A stretch of DNA of 64,000 nt from Dendrobates tinctorius (lineage: Eukaryota): the NCBI RefSeq assembly GCF_039654945.1, contig NW_027361829.1, positions 40,734,001-40,798,000 on the forward strand, written 5' to 3'. The first letter of the stretch is position 1, and the number at the start of each line of letters is the position of its first letter. Below the pieces are notes generated by a model. That model was not told the DNA's origin and ran no database searches. It saw nothing but the letters and a program-made list of their open reading frames with translations. Positions 53,101 through 64,000 of the stretch are shown piece after piece. Made by a program: the position numbers and the translations under genes.

Positions 53101-53228
53101 GAATGACCCCCACCTGTGGACCAGGGGAGGAGCAGAGGACACGCTGGTGGACCTCGGATATTTAAACCCTGGTCTGGGTGCGTCCAGGTAAGGCCATTTT
53201 CTGTACAGGTGACTGTGACAGACTGACC

Positions 53229-56040
53229 ATGGACGGTGATAAGCCCCCATTATCTGCTTCTGCGGAGCCCAGCGTTCACCCTCTTTCTGTAAGTAGCGGG
53301 GTGGGTCCCCCATTTCTGTCTAGGTGGTCTCTGAGGTGACTTAGTATGCCTTCTCTCTCTGTTTTAGGGAGACAAGGCCTCTGACCCTAAAAAGAAACCG
53401 AGCCACAAGTGTGTGTGTGGTACCAAACTTCCCTCGGCATATAGGAAGAAGCTATGTCAGCCCTGCACAGATGATGTAATACGTGCAGAGCAGCCCTCCC
53501 TACTGGACAGCATAAAAACCCTCATCAAACAAGAAATCCATACTTCTATGATGACCATAGCCCATACCCCGACGCCACAGCCCCCTCCTGCTAGGAAAAG
53601 GAAGGCAGCCCCTGTGGAATGTGACTCTGGTGAAATTGATACCTCTAACTCAGAGGATGCCCAAATCCGATAACAAAAAATACTACTTCTCGTCTGAAGA
53701 TATGGGGGATTTAGTTAATATGGTAATGGATGGGATTGGAAGAGGCGGAAGTGGAATACTCTATTCAGGATGAGATGTTTGGGGGACTGAAGCCCAAAGA
53801 CCAAAAGGGGTTTCCTATTCACGAAAACATCCGAAACCTGGTTATGCAGGAATCAGCCCTCCCCGAGAAGAGACTGTGTTCCCTCAGAACTCAGGAACTG
53901 GTTTTCCTTGGATGGAGATTGCTCCCTATGGGAGGTCACTGAAGTGGACGTGCAGGTGTCCAGAGTAACTAAGAGACCGGCTCTTCCATTCGAAGATTCA
54001 TCTCTGCTCAAGGATCCCATGGATCAGAAAACGGAGAGCTTGCTCAGGAAATCCTGGGATGCCTCCACAACCCTGCTTAAGGCCAATATAGCCTCTACAT
54101 GTGTAGCCAGGTCCCTATTCCGCTGGCTGCGCACGCTGGAGGACCACCTCACTCAGGGGACCTCCAGGGAAGAAATCCTCGACTCTCTTCCCCTATTACA
54201 GAAAGCGACAGGGTTCCTAGCTGATGCTTCTGCTGAATCCATACGAGTAGCAGCAAAGTCTGCGGTCCTTTCCAACTCAGCCAGAAGAACACTGTGGCTG
54301 AAATCTTGGGGAGGAGACTTTACGTCAAAAACAAAACTCTGTGCGATTCCCTTCCAGAGAAATTATGTATTTGGCCCAGCCCTGGATGACATCCTGGAGA
54401 AAGCCACGGATAAGAAAAAGTCGCTTTCAGAACAAAAGAAACCTAGGAAACTATTTTTTCAGGGTTATAATAAATTTAAAGCCCTTGAACCAAGTGGTAA
54501 AGTACAAACGATTCAAGATGGAGTCGGTCAAGTCAGCAATCCCCCTCATAGGACAAAATTCGGTGATGGCCACAATAGACCTGAGGGACGCTTACTATCA
54601 CGTCCCGACCTCAGGAGATTCCTCAGGTTTGCGGTTTCCCAGGGTCCCCAGGTCAACCATTACCAGTTCAACGTTCTGCTGTTTGGGGTGTCATCAGCCA
54701 CTCGAGTGTTTACCAAGATAATGGCAGATGCAATGATCTTCATCCGCAAGCAGGTGATCTGCATTGTCCCATACCAAGACGATCTTCTAATAATGGCTCC
54801 ATCCATATCTCGCCTGAACCAGGATATAGAGAGAACCCTGGAGATTTTACCGTCCTTAGGTTGGATTCCCAACCTGGAGAAATCAGACCTTCTTCCTTCT
54901 GCAAGGAAAAAGTTCTTGGGGATACTCTTGGACTCAGGAAAGCGAACATCTTTTCTACCCTGGGAACGACAACTCGACCTTGTTCAGAGAGTCTCCAAGT
55001 TCAGAGACCAGAGGGCACCAACCCTAAGAGACTCAATGTCCATCCTAGGTTTGCTCACAGCCTGCATTCAAGCTGTCTCATGGGCTTAAGCCCATACTCG
55101 TATCCTTCAGTCCTATGTACTCCGGTGTTTGAAGAAATATCGGAATACACTGAACAAGAGAACTCCTCTTCCCGGTCACGTGAAGGCGTCTCTCCTATGG
55201 TGGCTGGACTACCAGAATCTCCAGCGGGATGTCAGCTGGGATTAGCTCCCCCTGAAAACCGTCACCACAGATGCCAGTCAGAGAAGCTGGGGTGCTATAG
55301 TGGAGAAATCACACTTCCAGGGGATATAGGCCCCAGACGTCAGGGCCAGGTCCTCAAATGTGAGAGAACAGAAAGCTGTAGAGGAAGCGTTGAAGGCAGC
55401 GTCAACCCTTGTCAAAAATCATCATGTACGCATCTGCTCAGACAATATGACTACAGTGTCCTACATCCGACACCAAGAAGGCACAAAATACTTCAACCTA
55501 AAATTGGTGGCTGCAAGAATCTTTTCTTGGGCAGAGAAACATCTGCTGTCCATATCAGCAGTACATCTAAGGGCATCGGACAACGCGGAGGCGGACTATC
55601 TCAGCAGGAAGGATGTTCATCCCGGGGAATGGAGCCTAGACCAAACGTTTTTTTTTTGTCTCTGGAGTCAAGGTGGGGAAATCCCGATGTGGACCTTTTT
55701 GCCAGCGGTCAAAATGCGAAGGTGGAAACTTTTTTTTCCCCTCAGTCCCAACGACGGAGCGTGGGAAGTAGATGCCTTCTCCCATCCGTGGCAGTTCAAT
55801 CTGGCTTATGCCTTCCCTCCGATTCCCATGATAGCGAGAACACTGTAGAAGGTACGGGCAGAGCAAGTCACTACAATCCTAGTGGCTCCCTTGTGGCCAG
55901 GGAGAAGCTGGTACGGAGCCCTATGGAACATGGCTCAGGAAGGCCCATTACTTCTGCCCCAGAGGGCCAATTTCCTTCACCAGGGCCCTCTACTACACCC
56001 AGACCCGCACAAAATGAACCTTGAGGCCTGGCTACTGAAG
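53229..56040 (+). pseudogene. DIRS gag and pol (RT, RNase H, MTase-like), disrupted
   Basis: Gag C-rich finger and NSARRTLWLKSW; RT IDLRDAYYHVP, FGVSSATRVFTK, PYQDDLL; RNase H TTDAS..SWG, SDNMTTV; DVDLFAS...AYAFPP. A deletion at ~54460 joins gag to pol. Confidence 0.9.
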
Positions 56041-56108
56041 CCGAAATTCTAAAGGCTAATGGCCTGTCCGAAAAAGTAATCCAAACTCTACAGAAGAGTA
56101 GGAAACCG

Positions 56109-57062
56109 GTGACTAACGCCATCTACGGGAAGGTCTGGAAGAAGTTTTCATCTTGGTGTTCCCCAAATGCTCCAGACCCCTTCCATCCTAATATCGCGCA
56201 GATCTTAGCGTTTCTTCAAGATGGCCTAGATCTAGGGCTCACACCTAGTACATTAAAGGTTCAGGTGTCAGCCCTTAGTTCATTCTATGATCAAGATCTG
56301 GCAAGCCATCGCTGGATCAAACAGTTCATAACCTCAGCATCTAGGGTCCATCCCAGACTCCGTAGTCAGGCTCCCACCTGGGACTTGAGCCTAGTTCTCA
56401 AGGGCTTGACCAGGGAGCCGTTTGAACCACTGTCCTCCACGACTCTGAAAAACTTAACACTAAATACTGTGTTTTTGGTAGCAATTACTACCGCAAGGCG
56501 CATAGGAGAATTGCAGGCCCTTTCAATACAGGAGCCATACTTGACCATCACGGAGGATAGCATCATCCTGAGGTTAGATCCCTCCTTTATGCCTAAGGTA
56601 GTCTCGAACTTTCATTGGTTCCAGGACATTATATTGCTTTCCTTATGTCCAAACTCCTCCAACACGAAGGAAGAAGTGTTTTACACCCTCGATGTCCATA
56701 GTATAGTTTTCTTCTACCTCCAGCAGACGGAGAGTTGGAGGATTGACCAGAATTTATTCATTCAAATTTCTGGTCGGAATAAAGGCAAGAAGGCGGCCAA
56801 AAATACAATCGCAAATTGGATCAAGCAAGCTGTCAGCCTCGCCTACTCGTCACAGAACATTCCCCCTCCTACATCTCTGAAAGCCCACTCTACTCGTTCA
56901 GTATCAACATCGTGGGCAGAAAGAGGGAACACATCTTCTGAGCAGATATGCAGAGCTGCCTCCTGGTCATCTGTCCATACATTTACCAGACATTATAGAC
57001 TAAATTTCAACAGGGATTTAACGTTTGGCAGACGTGTTCTGCAGGCTGTTGTCCCTCCCTAA
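56109..57062 (+). CDS. DIRS tyrosine recombinase, open reading frame uninterrupted
   Basis: 317 aa with ARRIGEL (R), PK (K), AHSTRS (H-x-x-R), SW (W) and FTRHY (Y). The true start is probably upstream. Confidence 0.88.
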   Translation: MTNAIYGKVWKKFSSWCSPNAPDPFHPNIAQILAFLQDGLDLGLTPSTLKVQVSALSSFYDQDLASHRWIKQFITSASRVHPRLRSQAPTWDLSLVLKGLTREPFEPLSSTTLKNLTLNTVFLVAITTARRIGELQALSIQEPYLTITEDSIILRLDPSFMPKVVSNFHWFQDIILLSLCPNSSNTKEEVFYTLDVHSIVFFYLQQTESWRIDQNLFIQISGRNKGKKAAKNTIANWIKQAVSLAYSSQNIPPPTSLKAHSTRSVSTSWAERGNTSSEQICRAASWSSVHTFTRHYRLNFNRDLTFGRRVLQAVVPP

Positions 57063-57674
57063 GAAATTAGTTGTTGGTACTCCTCCGATATGGCTGTCGT
57101 GGAAGGTGACTAGAGAAAATAGAATTAGTCTTACCGGTAATTCGGTTTCTAGGAACCTTCCACGACAGCACTAATTTCCCTCCCTATCTGATACTCTACT
57201 GGATGATTCCTGCACTTTGGTGGTAACTATGCATGATAGTGTGCACAGAAAAAACACTGGAGGTAGCAGGAAGAGGAGGGTTATTTAACCTCTTGTTCAT
57301 TTCCTGTCCTCCATTAGGGCGGGGAGACATCCTCCGATATGGCTGTCGTGGAAGGTTCCTAGAAACCGACTTGCCGTTAAGACTAATTCTATTTTTAATT
57401 GAAAGAATGACACAGACTCCTTTAATGATTCCAAATTAAACCATACTCGTGTCCTTGCCCATTCAATTGAAGCCACCTTCTCCTGTAATAAAACAAATAT
57501 GAAAAACAACCATATCCCCCACCTCTCTGTCGTTCTGTCCCACGCCGTAATCCATGTGTTGGGATAAACAGTTTTCAACTGTTTATGGTGCCGACACATC
57601 CATCCAGGTTGCGAACCATTCAGGATTGAGTTGCTGCGAGCTCAATCCTGAATGGTTCGCAGCCTGGATGGTTC

Positions 57675-58210
57675 CCCCCCTTTCCACACAGCCCCTCATC
57701 ATCCCCCCTTTCCACACTGCCCCTCATCATCCCCCTTTTTCCACACAGCCCCTCATCGTCCCCCCTTACCACACAGCCCCTCGTCACCCCCCTTTTCCAC
57801 ACAGCCCCTCGTCACCCCCCTTTTCCACATAGCCCCTTGTCACCCCCCTTTTCCACATAACCCCTCATCACTCCCCCTTTTCCACATAACCCCTCATCAC
57901 CCCCATTTTTACACATAGACCCTCATCACCCCCATTTTTACACAGACCCTCATCATCCCCCCTTTTCCACACAGCACCTTATCACCCTCTTTTCCACACA
58001 ACCCCTTATCACCCCCTTTTCCACAAAGCCCCTCATCACCCCCCCCTTTTTCACACAGCCCTTCATCACCCCCCTTTTCCACACAGCCCCTCATCATCCC
58101 CCCATTTTTCCACACAGACCTTCATCACCTTCTCCACACAGCCACTCATCACCCCCCTTTTCCACACAGCCCCTCATCACCCCCTTATCCACACAGCCCC
58201 ACATCACCTT
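57675..58210. repeat. ~27-bp C-rich minisatellite
   Basis: Repeated CCCCCTTTTCCACACAGCCCCTCATCA. Confidence 0.95.
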
Positions 58211-58767
58211 CCCTATGTGACCCCACTTAAGTTGCATCAACCCTTTCGAAAATACATCCTCAAAGCTCTCACACTGAGTCCTGGGTCCTCATTCCCATCT
58301 GTACATGGGTCAATTGTACAGCCCCTCAGTTCTCGCTTTGCTGTGCTTGCGTTATTCCATACCCGATGCCTGCGGGCTGTCTGTACTGGTCAACAACAAG
58401 TGCTGTGAAGTGACAGCTTTCTCATCACCTGTTGCTGCTAGCTTCTATTGATCTCATCGAGCACTCCGCAGCTGAGAGCGATGTGCGCAATCAGATCTAT
58501 AGAAGCCGGCAGCAGCAGGCGATGAGAAAGCACTCGCATCACATCACTTGTTGGTGAGCAATGCAGACGGCCTGCCGGCACTGTGTATAGAAAAACGCAC
58601 TTACCGCTCGGTTCACGCGATCCGAATACAGGGCAGAGCAGGCACTAATGTGAAGGAGGCAGGAGTTGTGGAGCTGGTCAGGGGGTGGGACCACTGGAGG
58701 ATTCTCTGATTTCCCGGTGGGCCAGTCCGTCTGCGGGTCTATGATTGGGGTGGTGATCTCTTAAGGT

Positions 58768-59322
58768 GAGATCTTAGTGATTGCCTGCCCGTAACCTAAT
58801 AAGTATGAGCCGAGTGCATGCATAGAAGAATTACATCGGACACAGAGCTAGATGTGTAGTCCTTTCTCGGCGAGAGCTGGCCAAGGACTGATTTTATTAG
58901 TACAAAACAAAAGATCATGTAGCAGGCCGGAAGAAGGCGTCGCACAGCTTCTAAGCAGCCATCATGTCAGTCTGTGATTGGTCCATTCTAGGTCTGTTCC
59001 ATGTATGGTCTTCAGTGTATCCACTTCACATTCCAAGGATTCCTTCCAGGACGTAGTTCCAGGATGCAGATGCCTTCTTGCCACACCACATTTGAACTAG
59101 CATATGTAAGGTTAATAATTGATTTCATTAGCCATTCTCTCCTTCACATAATCAGGCCCCAGTATCTCAGCAATTCCAAGAGTGCTGCATCCCTCTATAA
59201 CGCATAAAGCAATTTTTTGCAGTTAAATCTCTTCCTCAGGCAAAATGGCCAAAAAACAAGCTTCCTAATAATTCTGTACATCCTGATAAAGGTGATAAGG
59301 CCGTTGTATCCTTAGGCCTCAC
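58768..59322 (-). mobile_element. Possible ERV-like solo LTR
   Basis: TG...CA, minus-strand AATAAA at ~58893 and a CCAAT-like box. Boundaries uncertain. Confidence 0.3.
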
Positions 59323-59747
59323 CCTTCCTCATTACTCAAATACACATCACCTGATCTACTTCATCTAATAACCATACAGATTATATCACTTGGAGTTGGA
59401 AAATGTGCATAAAAATGGTCAAAATATTCACTTGCTTAATAATGTTGCACACAGTGTAGCACCTGTTGTATGGATAAGTGATTTATTATGTGATCTAAAA
59501 ACACTTTTAAAATCTGCTCATTGTGTAACTGATGCCATTTTTCAGGTCTATACTGCTGTTTATTTTTTTCCAATTCCATCGCGGTTCGGTTCCCTTCCCG
59601 ATGCCGCCGTTTGTCTCCCTCCCAATGCTGCCTTTCGGTTACCTTCCAGATGCCGCCATTTGGTTACCTTCCTCATAATGCCGTTCGTCTCCCTCATGAT
59701 GCCGCTGTTCGGTACCTTCCTGAAGCCGTTGTTCGTCTCCCTCCTAA

Positions 59748-60084
59748 GGCTGGGTTCATATTGCGCTAAGGGTGTACGTTTAACGCATCCGTTACATAGC
59801 GGCATTAACGCTGTCTAACGGATGAGTTAACGTACCCATAGACTTCTATAGCCAAGCGCATCGCTAATGCATGCCATAATCGGCATATGTTAGCGATGTG
59901 CTGTCATTCTGTGAAGGACCCTGAGGCACGGTCTGCAGCGTCTGAGGGTCCGTCACTGCTAACGCAGATGAAGCATCTGCGCTAGCGGGATCGCATAAGG
60001 CGACCACAAATCAGGAGTAGCGTTAACGCAGTCCGCCAACGCTATGCGTTGAGCGAACTGCATTGACGCAGTGTGAATCTAGCC
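59748..60084. mobile_element. Harbinger-type MITE, copy 1 in minisatellite
   Basis: TAA|GGCTGGGTTCATATTGCG...GTGTGAATCTAGCC|TAA. Confidence 0.9.
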
Positions 60085-60233
60085 TAATGCCGCTGTTCGG
60101 TTACCTTCCTGAAGCTGTTGTTCATCTCCCTCCTGATGCCGCTGTTCGGTTACCTTCTCAAAGCCGTTGTTCATCTCCCTCCTGATTACACTGTTCGGTA
60201 CCTTCCTGAAGCCTTTGTTCGTCTCCCTCCTAA

Positions 60234-60566
60234 GGCTGGGTTCATATTGCGTTAAGGGTGTACGTTTAACTCATCCGTTACATAGCGGCATTAACGCTAA
60301 CGGATGCGTTAACGCACCCATAGACTTCTATAGACGAGCGCATCGCTAACGCATGCTATAATCGGCATGCGTTAGCAATCTGCCGTCATTCCGTGAAGGA
60401 CCCTCGGACGCAGTCTGCAGCGTCTGAGGGTCCGTCACTGCTAACGCAGATGAAGCATCTGCGCTAGCGGGATCGCATAACGCGATCACAAATCAGGAGT
60501 AGCGTTAACACAGTCCGCCAATGCTATGCTTTGAGCGAACTGCATTAACGCAATGTGAATCTAGCC
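60234..60566. mobile_element. Harbinger-type MITE, copy 2 in minisatellite
   Basis: Same termini and TAA TSD as copy 1. Confidence 0.9.
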
Positions 60567-63104
60567 TAATGCCGCTGTTCGGTTACCTTCCTGAAGCCGT
60601 TGTTCATCTCCCTCCTGATGCCGCTGTTCGGTTACCTTCCCGAAGCCGTTGTTTGTCTCCTAATGCCACTGTTCGGTTACCTTCCCAAAGCCGTTGTCCA
60701 TCTCTCTCCTGATGCTGCTGTTCGGTTACCTTCCTGAAGCCGTTGTTCATCTCCCTCCTGATGCTGCTGTTCGGTTACCTTCCTGAAGCCGTTGTTCATC
60801 TCCCTCCTGATGCTGCTGTTCGGTTACCTTCCCGAAGCCGTTGTTCGTCTCCTAATGCCACTGTTCGGTTACCTTCCCAAAGCCGTTGTCCATCTCTCTC
60901 CTGATGCTGCTGTTCGGTTACCTTCCTGAAGCCGTTGTTCATCTCCCTCCTGATGCTGCTGTTCGGTTACCTTCCTGAAGCCGTTGTTCATCTCCCTCCT
61001 GATGCCGCTGTTCGGTTACCTTCCCGAAGCCGTTGTTTGTCTCCTAATGCCACTGTTCGGTTACCTTCCCAAAGCCGTTGTCCATCTCTCTCCTGATGCT
61101 GCTGTTCGGTTACCTTCCTGAAGCCGTTGTTCATCTCCCTCCTGATGCTGCTGTTCGATTACCTTCCTGAAGCCGTTGTTCATCTCCCTCCTGATGCCGC
61201 TGTTCGGTTACCTTCCCGAAGCCGTTGTTTGTCTCCTAATGCCACTGTTCGGTTACCTTCCTGAAGCCGTTGTTCATCTCCCTCCTGATGCTGCTGTTCG
61301 GTTACCTTCCTGAAGCCGTTGTTCATCTCCCTCCTGATGCTGCTGTTCGGTTACCTTCCTGAAGCCGTTGTTCATCTCCCTCCTGATGCTGCTGTTCGGT
61401 TACCTTCCCGAAGCCGTTGTTCGTCTCCTAATGCCACTGTTCAGTTACCTTTCCAAAGCCGTTGTCCATCTCTCTCCTGATGCTGCTGTTCGGTTACCTT
61501 CCTGAAGCCGTTGTTCATCTCCCTCCTGATGCTGCTGTTTGGTTATCTTCCTGAAGTCGTGGTTTGTCTCCCTCCTGATGCCGATGTTTGGTTACCTTCT
61601 CGGTGCTGCTATTCTGTACTCTTATCAATGAAATTTGCTAGTGGCTGGTGGTCTTAGACTAGTGCCTTTTTCCAGTGGAAATATGAGTGAAATGGTAGTA
61701 TAAGTCTGTGCTGACACACACAATTAAAAATTCATATTAAATGAGGCACAACACTATGGCTTCTTGTAACTCCCTCCATTATGTTGCTTTTGTTTCTAAA
61801 AGGATACATAGGAAAATGAAGGCTAGGTGTTCTTAAAACCGTATTGAGCTTTACCTTATCCTGCAGGAGGACGCAAAGTGATGGAACTGGGACATCATGC
61901 CTGATCCATTTCTTACAGTTTTTTTTGACTTGTACAAGTAGTGCACAAAACTTCAAATAATACCCAAAACTGCATGTGATGGAACAACCCAGCTTTACTG
62001 AAAACCATCACAAAACGTCTAAGCATGTCATGAGCACGTGATGAATTTAGGAGACAAGAGGGAGGAATGTAGCCGCTCCGCTCCACTTACTTTATTGGGT
62101 AGCAAGTAAGGGAGATAAAATGGCTTTCACAGAATTAGATAGAGCTCCTAAATCTCCACTCTCCAAAAATGAATAGCAGAAAACTTTCAAAGCTTTTCTC
62201 CTGCTTCCCTCATTCTTTCTCCCTTAGCTATTTCAATGTGGAAATTCATTTTATTTCTTTGCCCTGTCTTGCCTCTTGTTCTTGGATTTTCTCATGTAAT
62301 ATCGGCTGTCTTCCACGACAGTTAGTCACCTTGAAATCAACAGTTTGTGTTTCCTTGACTGATAGAAAGGCTTTGCTTTCAAAGCAGCCCATTTGTTTGT
62401 TTCTCTTGGAATAAAAGGATGTTCATATCTTAAAAATGTGTCCCGTGTCTTAAAAATACTTTGTGTGATTTGACATGGAAGGCTCGGTATATGAAACAGT
62501 CTGTTAATGTCATTGAGGTTGTCTGTGGAAAAAGATGGTTCCTTGCAACTAATGTGATGTTTTTTGTTTGTTACATTTAATGCACTTTGTGAAAGTTTTC
62601 ATTCCTCCCCAGTCTGAGAAGGTCTTGTAGCCCGAGGTCATAGAAGTAGCTTTGTATAGTGGTGATTTTTATTTTTATATGATCATTTAGTTTGAACCAT
62701 AAAATCTGGTTCAAGAAGGGTAGTCTTGTATAGGTACATGAAACTGAAGAAACTTTTAGAAAATGGGTACACTATTCTTTCTGAAAGAAAATGTTTCTTC
62801 AGAAAATAGCCAGCCATTTAATTTTTAAGCTTTTTTATTAAATGTTTTTTTTTGTTTTTTTTTAAATCTTTGATCATTTGTATTTGATGCAAATTTGTCA
62901 GTAAGATCAACATTCCAAAATTTCACATATAGGGATGCTCATCTTTGAAAACGAAATTTATTGCTATAACTTTTATCTGTTGCTGTATTCCTGAGAAAAC
63001 ACGTTATTTGCATATAAATTGCTGATTAAGTTTTTGGACGTGAAAGAGCACTTCCCAAGCCTCTGCCTGCGAAGGAAGTTCCCTTGCATAGCACCAACCT
63101 CTTT

Positions 63105-63930
63105 AACGGTGAAAGTGCCAAGTTGGTTATTAATGACCGGGCTAATTTTTACAATTCTGACCACTGTCACTTTATGAGGTAATAACTCTGGAACGCTTCA
63201 TCGGATCCCACTGGTTCGGAGATTGTTTTTTTGTGACATATTCTACTTCATGTGAGTGGTAACATTTCTTCGATATGACTTGCGTTTTGTTTATGAAAAA
63301 AATGGAAATTTGGCAACAATTTTAAAAATTCTGCAATTTTCAAACTAAATTTTTGTGCCCTTAAATCAGAGAGTCATATCGCACAAAATAGTTAATAAGT
63401 AACATTTCCCACATGTCTGCTTTACATCAGCACAATTTTGCAAATAATTTTCTTTTGTTAGGACGTTATAAGGGTTAAAAGTTGACCAGCGATTTCTCAT
63501 TTTTCCAACAAAATTTACAAAACCATTTTTTTAGGGACCACCCCACATTTGAAGTGAGTTTTGGGGGTCAATATAACAGAAAATATCCAAAACTGACACT
63601 ATTCTAAAAAAAGAAACAAAAAAACTGCACCCCTCAAGGTGCTCAAAACCACGTTAAAGAAGTTTATTAACCCTTCGGGTGCTTCACGAGATCGAAAGCA
63701 ATGTGGAAGGAAAAAATGAACGTTTTACTTTTTTTCACAAAAAATTTACTTTGGAACCAAGCTTTTTTATTTTCACAAGGGTATCAAGCTTATAATTTGT
63801 GGTGCAATTTCTCCTGAGTATGCCGATACCCCATATGTGGGGGAAAGCCACTGTTTGGGCGCATGGCAGGGCTCAGAATGGAGGGAGCATCGTTTGACTT
63901 TTTGAACGCAAAATTGGCTGGTATCAATGG
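63105..63930. mobile_element. piggyBac-like non-autonomous element fragment
   Basis: Inverse match to 35975-36226, starting near the TTAA at 63103; AT-rich repeat body. Confidence 0.6.
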
Positions 63931-64000
63931 CTCTCCTCGTAATGACAGGTAGTCTTGCAATGACAATGGCCATAAGTAGCCATTGCTGCTTCATTTATGT

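Larger units (their letters stand above)
52436..57394 (+). mobile_element. DIRS1-type tyrosine-recombinase retrotransposon
   Basis: Inverted terminal repeats (52436-~52553 vs ~57250-57360), internal complementary region ~57081-57170, TTT termini without TSD; gag, RT/RNase H, methyltransferase-like and YR domains. Confidence 0.95.
51570..57670. mobile_element. Non-autonomous hAT-type element (related to 27745-29131, inverted) split by the DIRS
   Basis: Reverse-complement similarity of 51640-52435 to 28210-29000; the sequence resumes after 57394 (CCCACGCCGTAATCCATGT). Confidence 0.7.
59585..61610. repeat. 49-bp minisatellite with 192-bp higher-order period
   Basis: Unit GCCGCTGTTCGGTTACCTTCCTGAAGCCGTTGTTCATCTCCCTCCTGAT; variant TAATGCCACT at 60661, 60853, 61045, 61237, 61429. 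Confidence 0.95.

Noticed and set aside
52537-53313. 258-aa minus-strand ORF and other GC-rich overlapping ORFs
   Set aside because: Antisense to the DIRS 5' region, low complexity, no domain motifs.
56109-57062. Phage integrase / bacterial contamination
   Set aside because: Lies within DIRS ITR/ICR architecture downstream of RT/RNase H.
59585-61610. CRISPR-like regular repeats (also 15213-15632 and 57675-58210)
   Set aside because: No unique spacers, no cas genes, eukaryotic context; these are minisatellites.
39825-64000. Next VPS41 exon (FLALGTHYGKVYLLDVQGNITQKFDV-like)
   Set aside because: Not found by eye. The GNITT at ~40977 belongs to the Harbinger mini-ORF. The exon probably lies beyond the window.

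Overview
Vertebrate (almost certainly anuran/frog) genomic DNA. The window lies inside the VPS41 gene (+ strand). Two small coding exons are recognisable: 2582-2620 (39 bp, DTMSHEESTEESD) and 39717-39824 (108 bp, EDDSEEEPKLKYERLSNGVTDILQEDAASCMTVHEK). They are separated by a ~37 kb intron, and the next exon was not found in the remaining 24 kb. Almost everything else is a densely nested transposable-element landscape. Retroelements: an L2 LINE with a degenerate 2A-like (StopGo) motif, two CR1 copies, a BEL/Pao LTR element with both LTRs and TSD, a DIRS element with an intact-looking tyrosine recombinase and an apparent gag intron, and Penelope remnants with three hammerhead-like motifs. DNA transposons: three Tc1 elements (one a single stop codon from intact), two large hAT elements, a Harbinger derivative that lost its nuclease but keeps a fully spliceable 7-exon MADF gene, and many Harbinger/Kolobok/hAT/piggyBac-type MITEs, with telomere-like arrays inside one MITE and one hAT. 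Also present are an 18S rRNA fragment 5' of a CR1, a three-level minisatellite with a duplicated MITE, and a few repeat-free islands that look like conserved enhancers. I cannot claim a wholly new biological system. The best candidates for something undescribed are the MADF-only Harbinger, the telomere-repeat-carrying DNA transposons and the isolated 111-bp hammerhead-bearing insertion. All family assignments come from motif recognition by eye, not from database searches.
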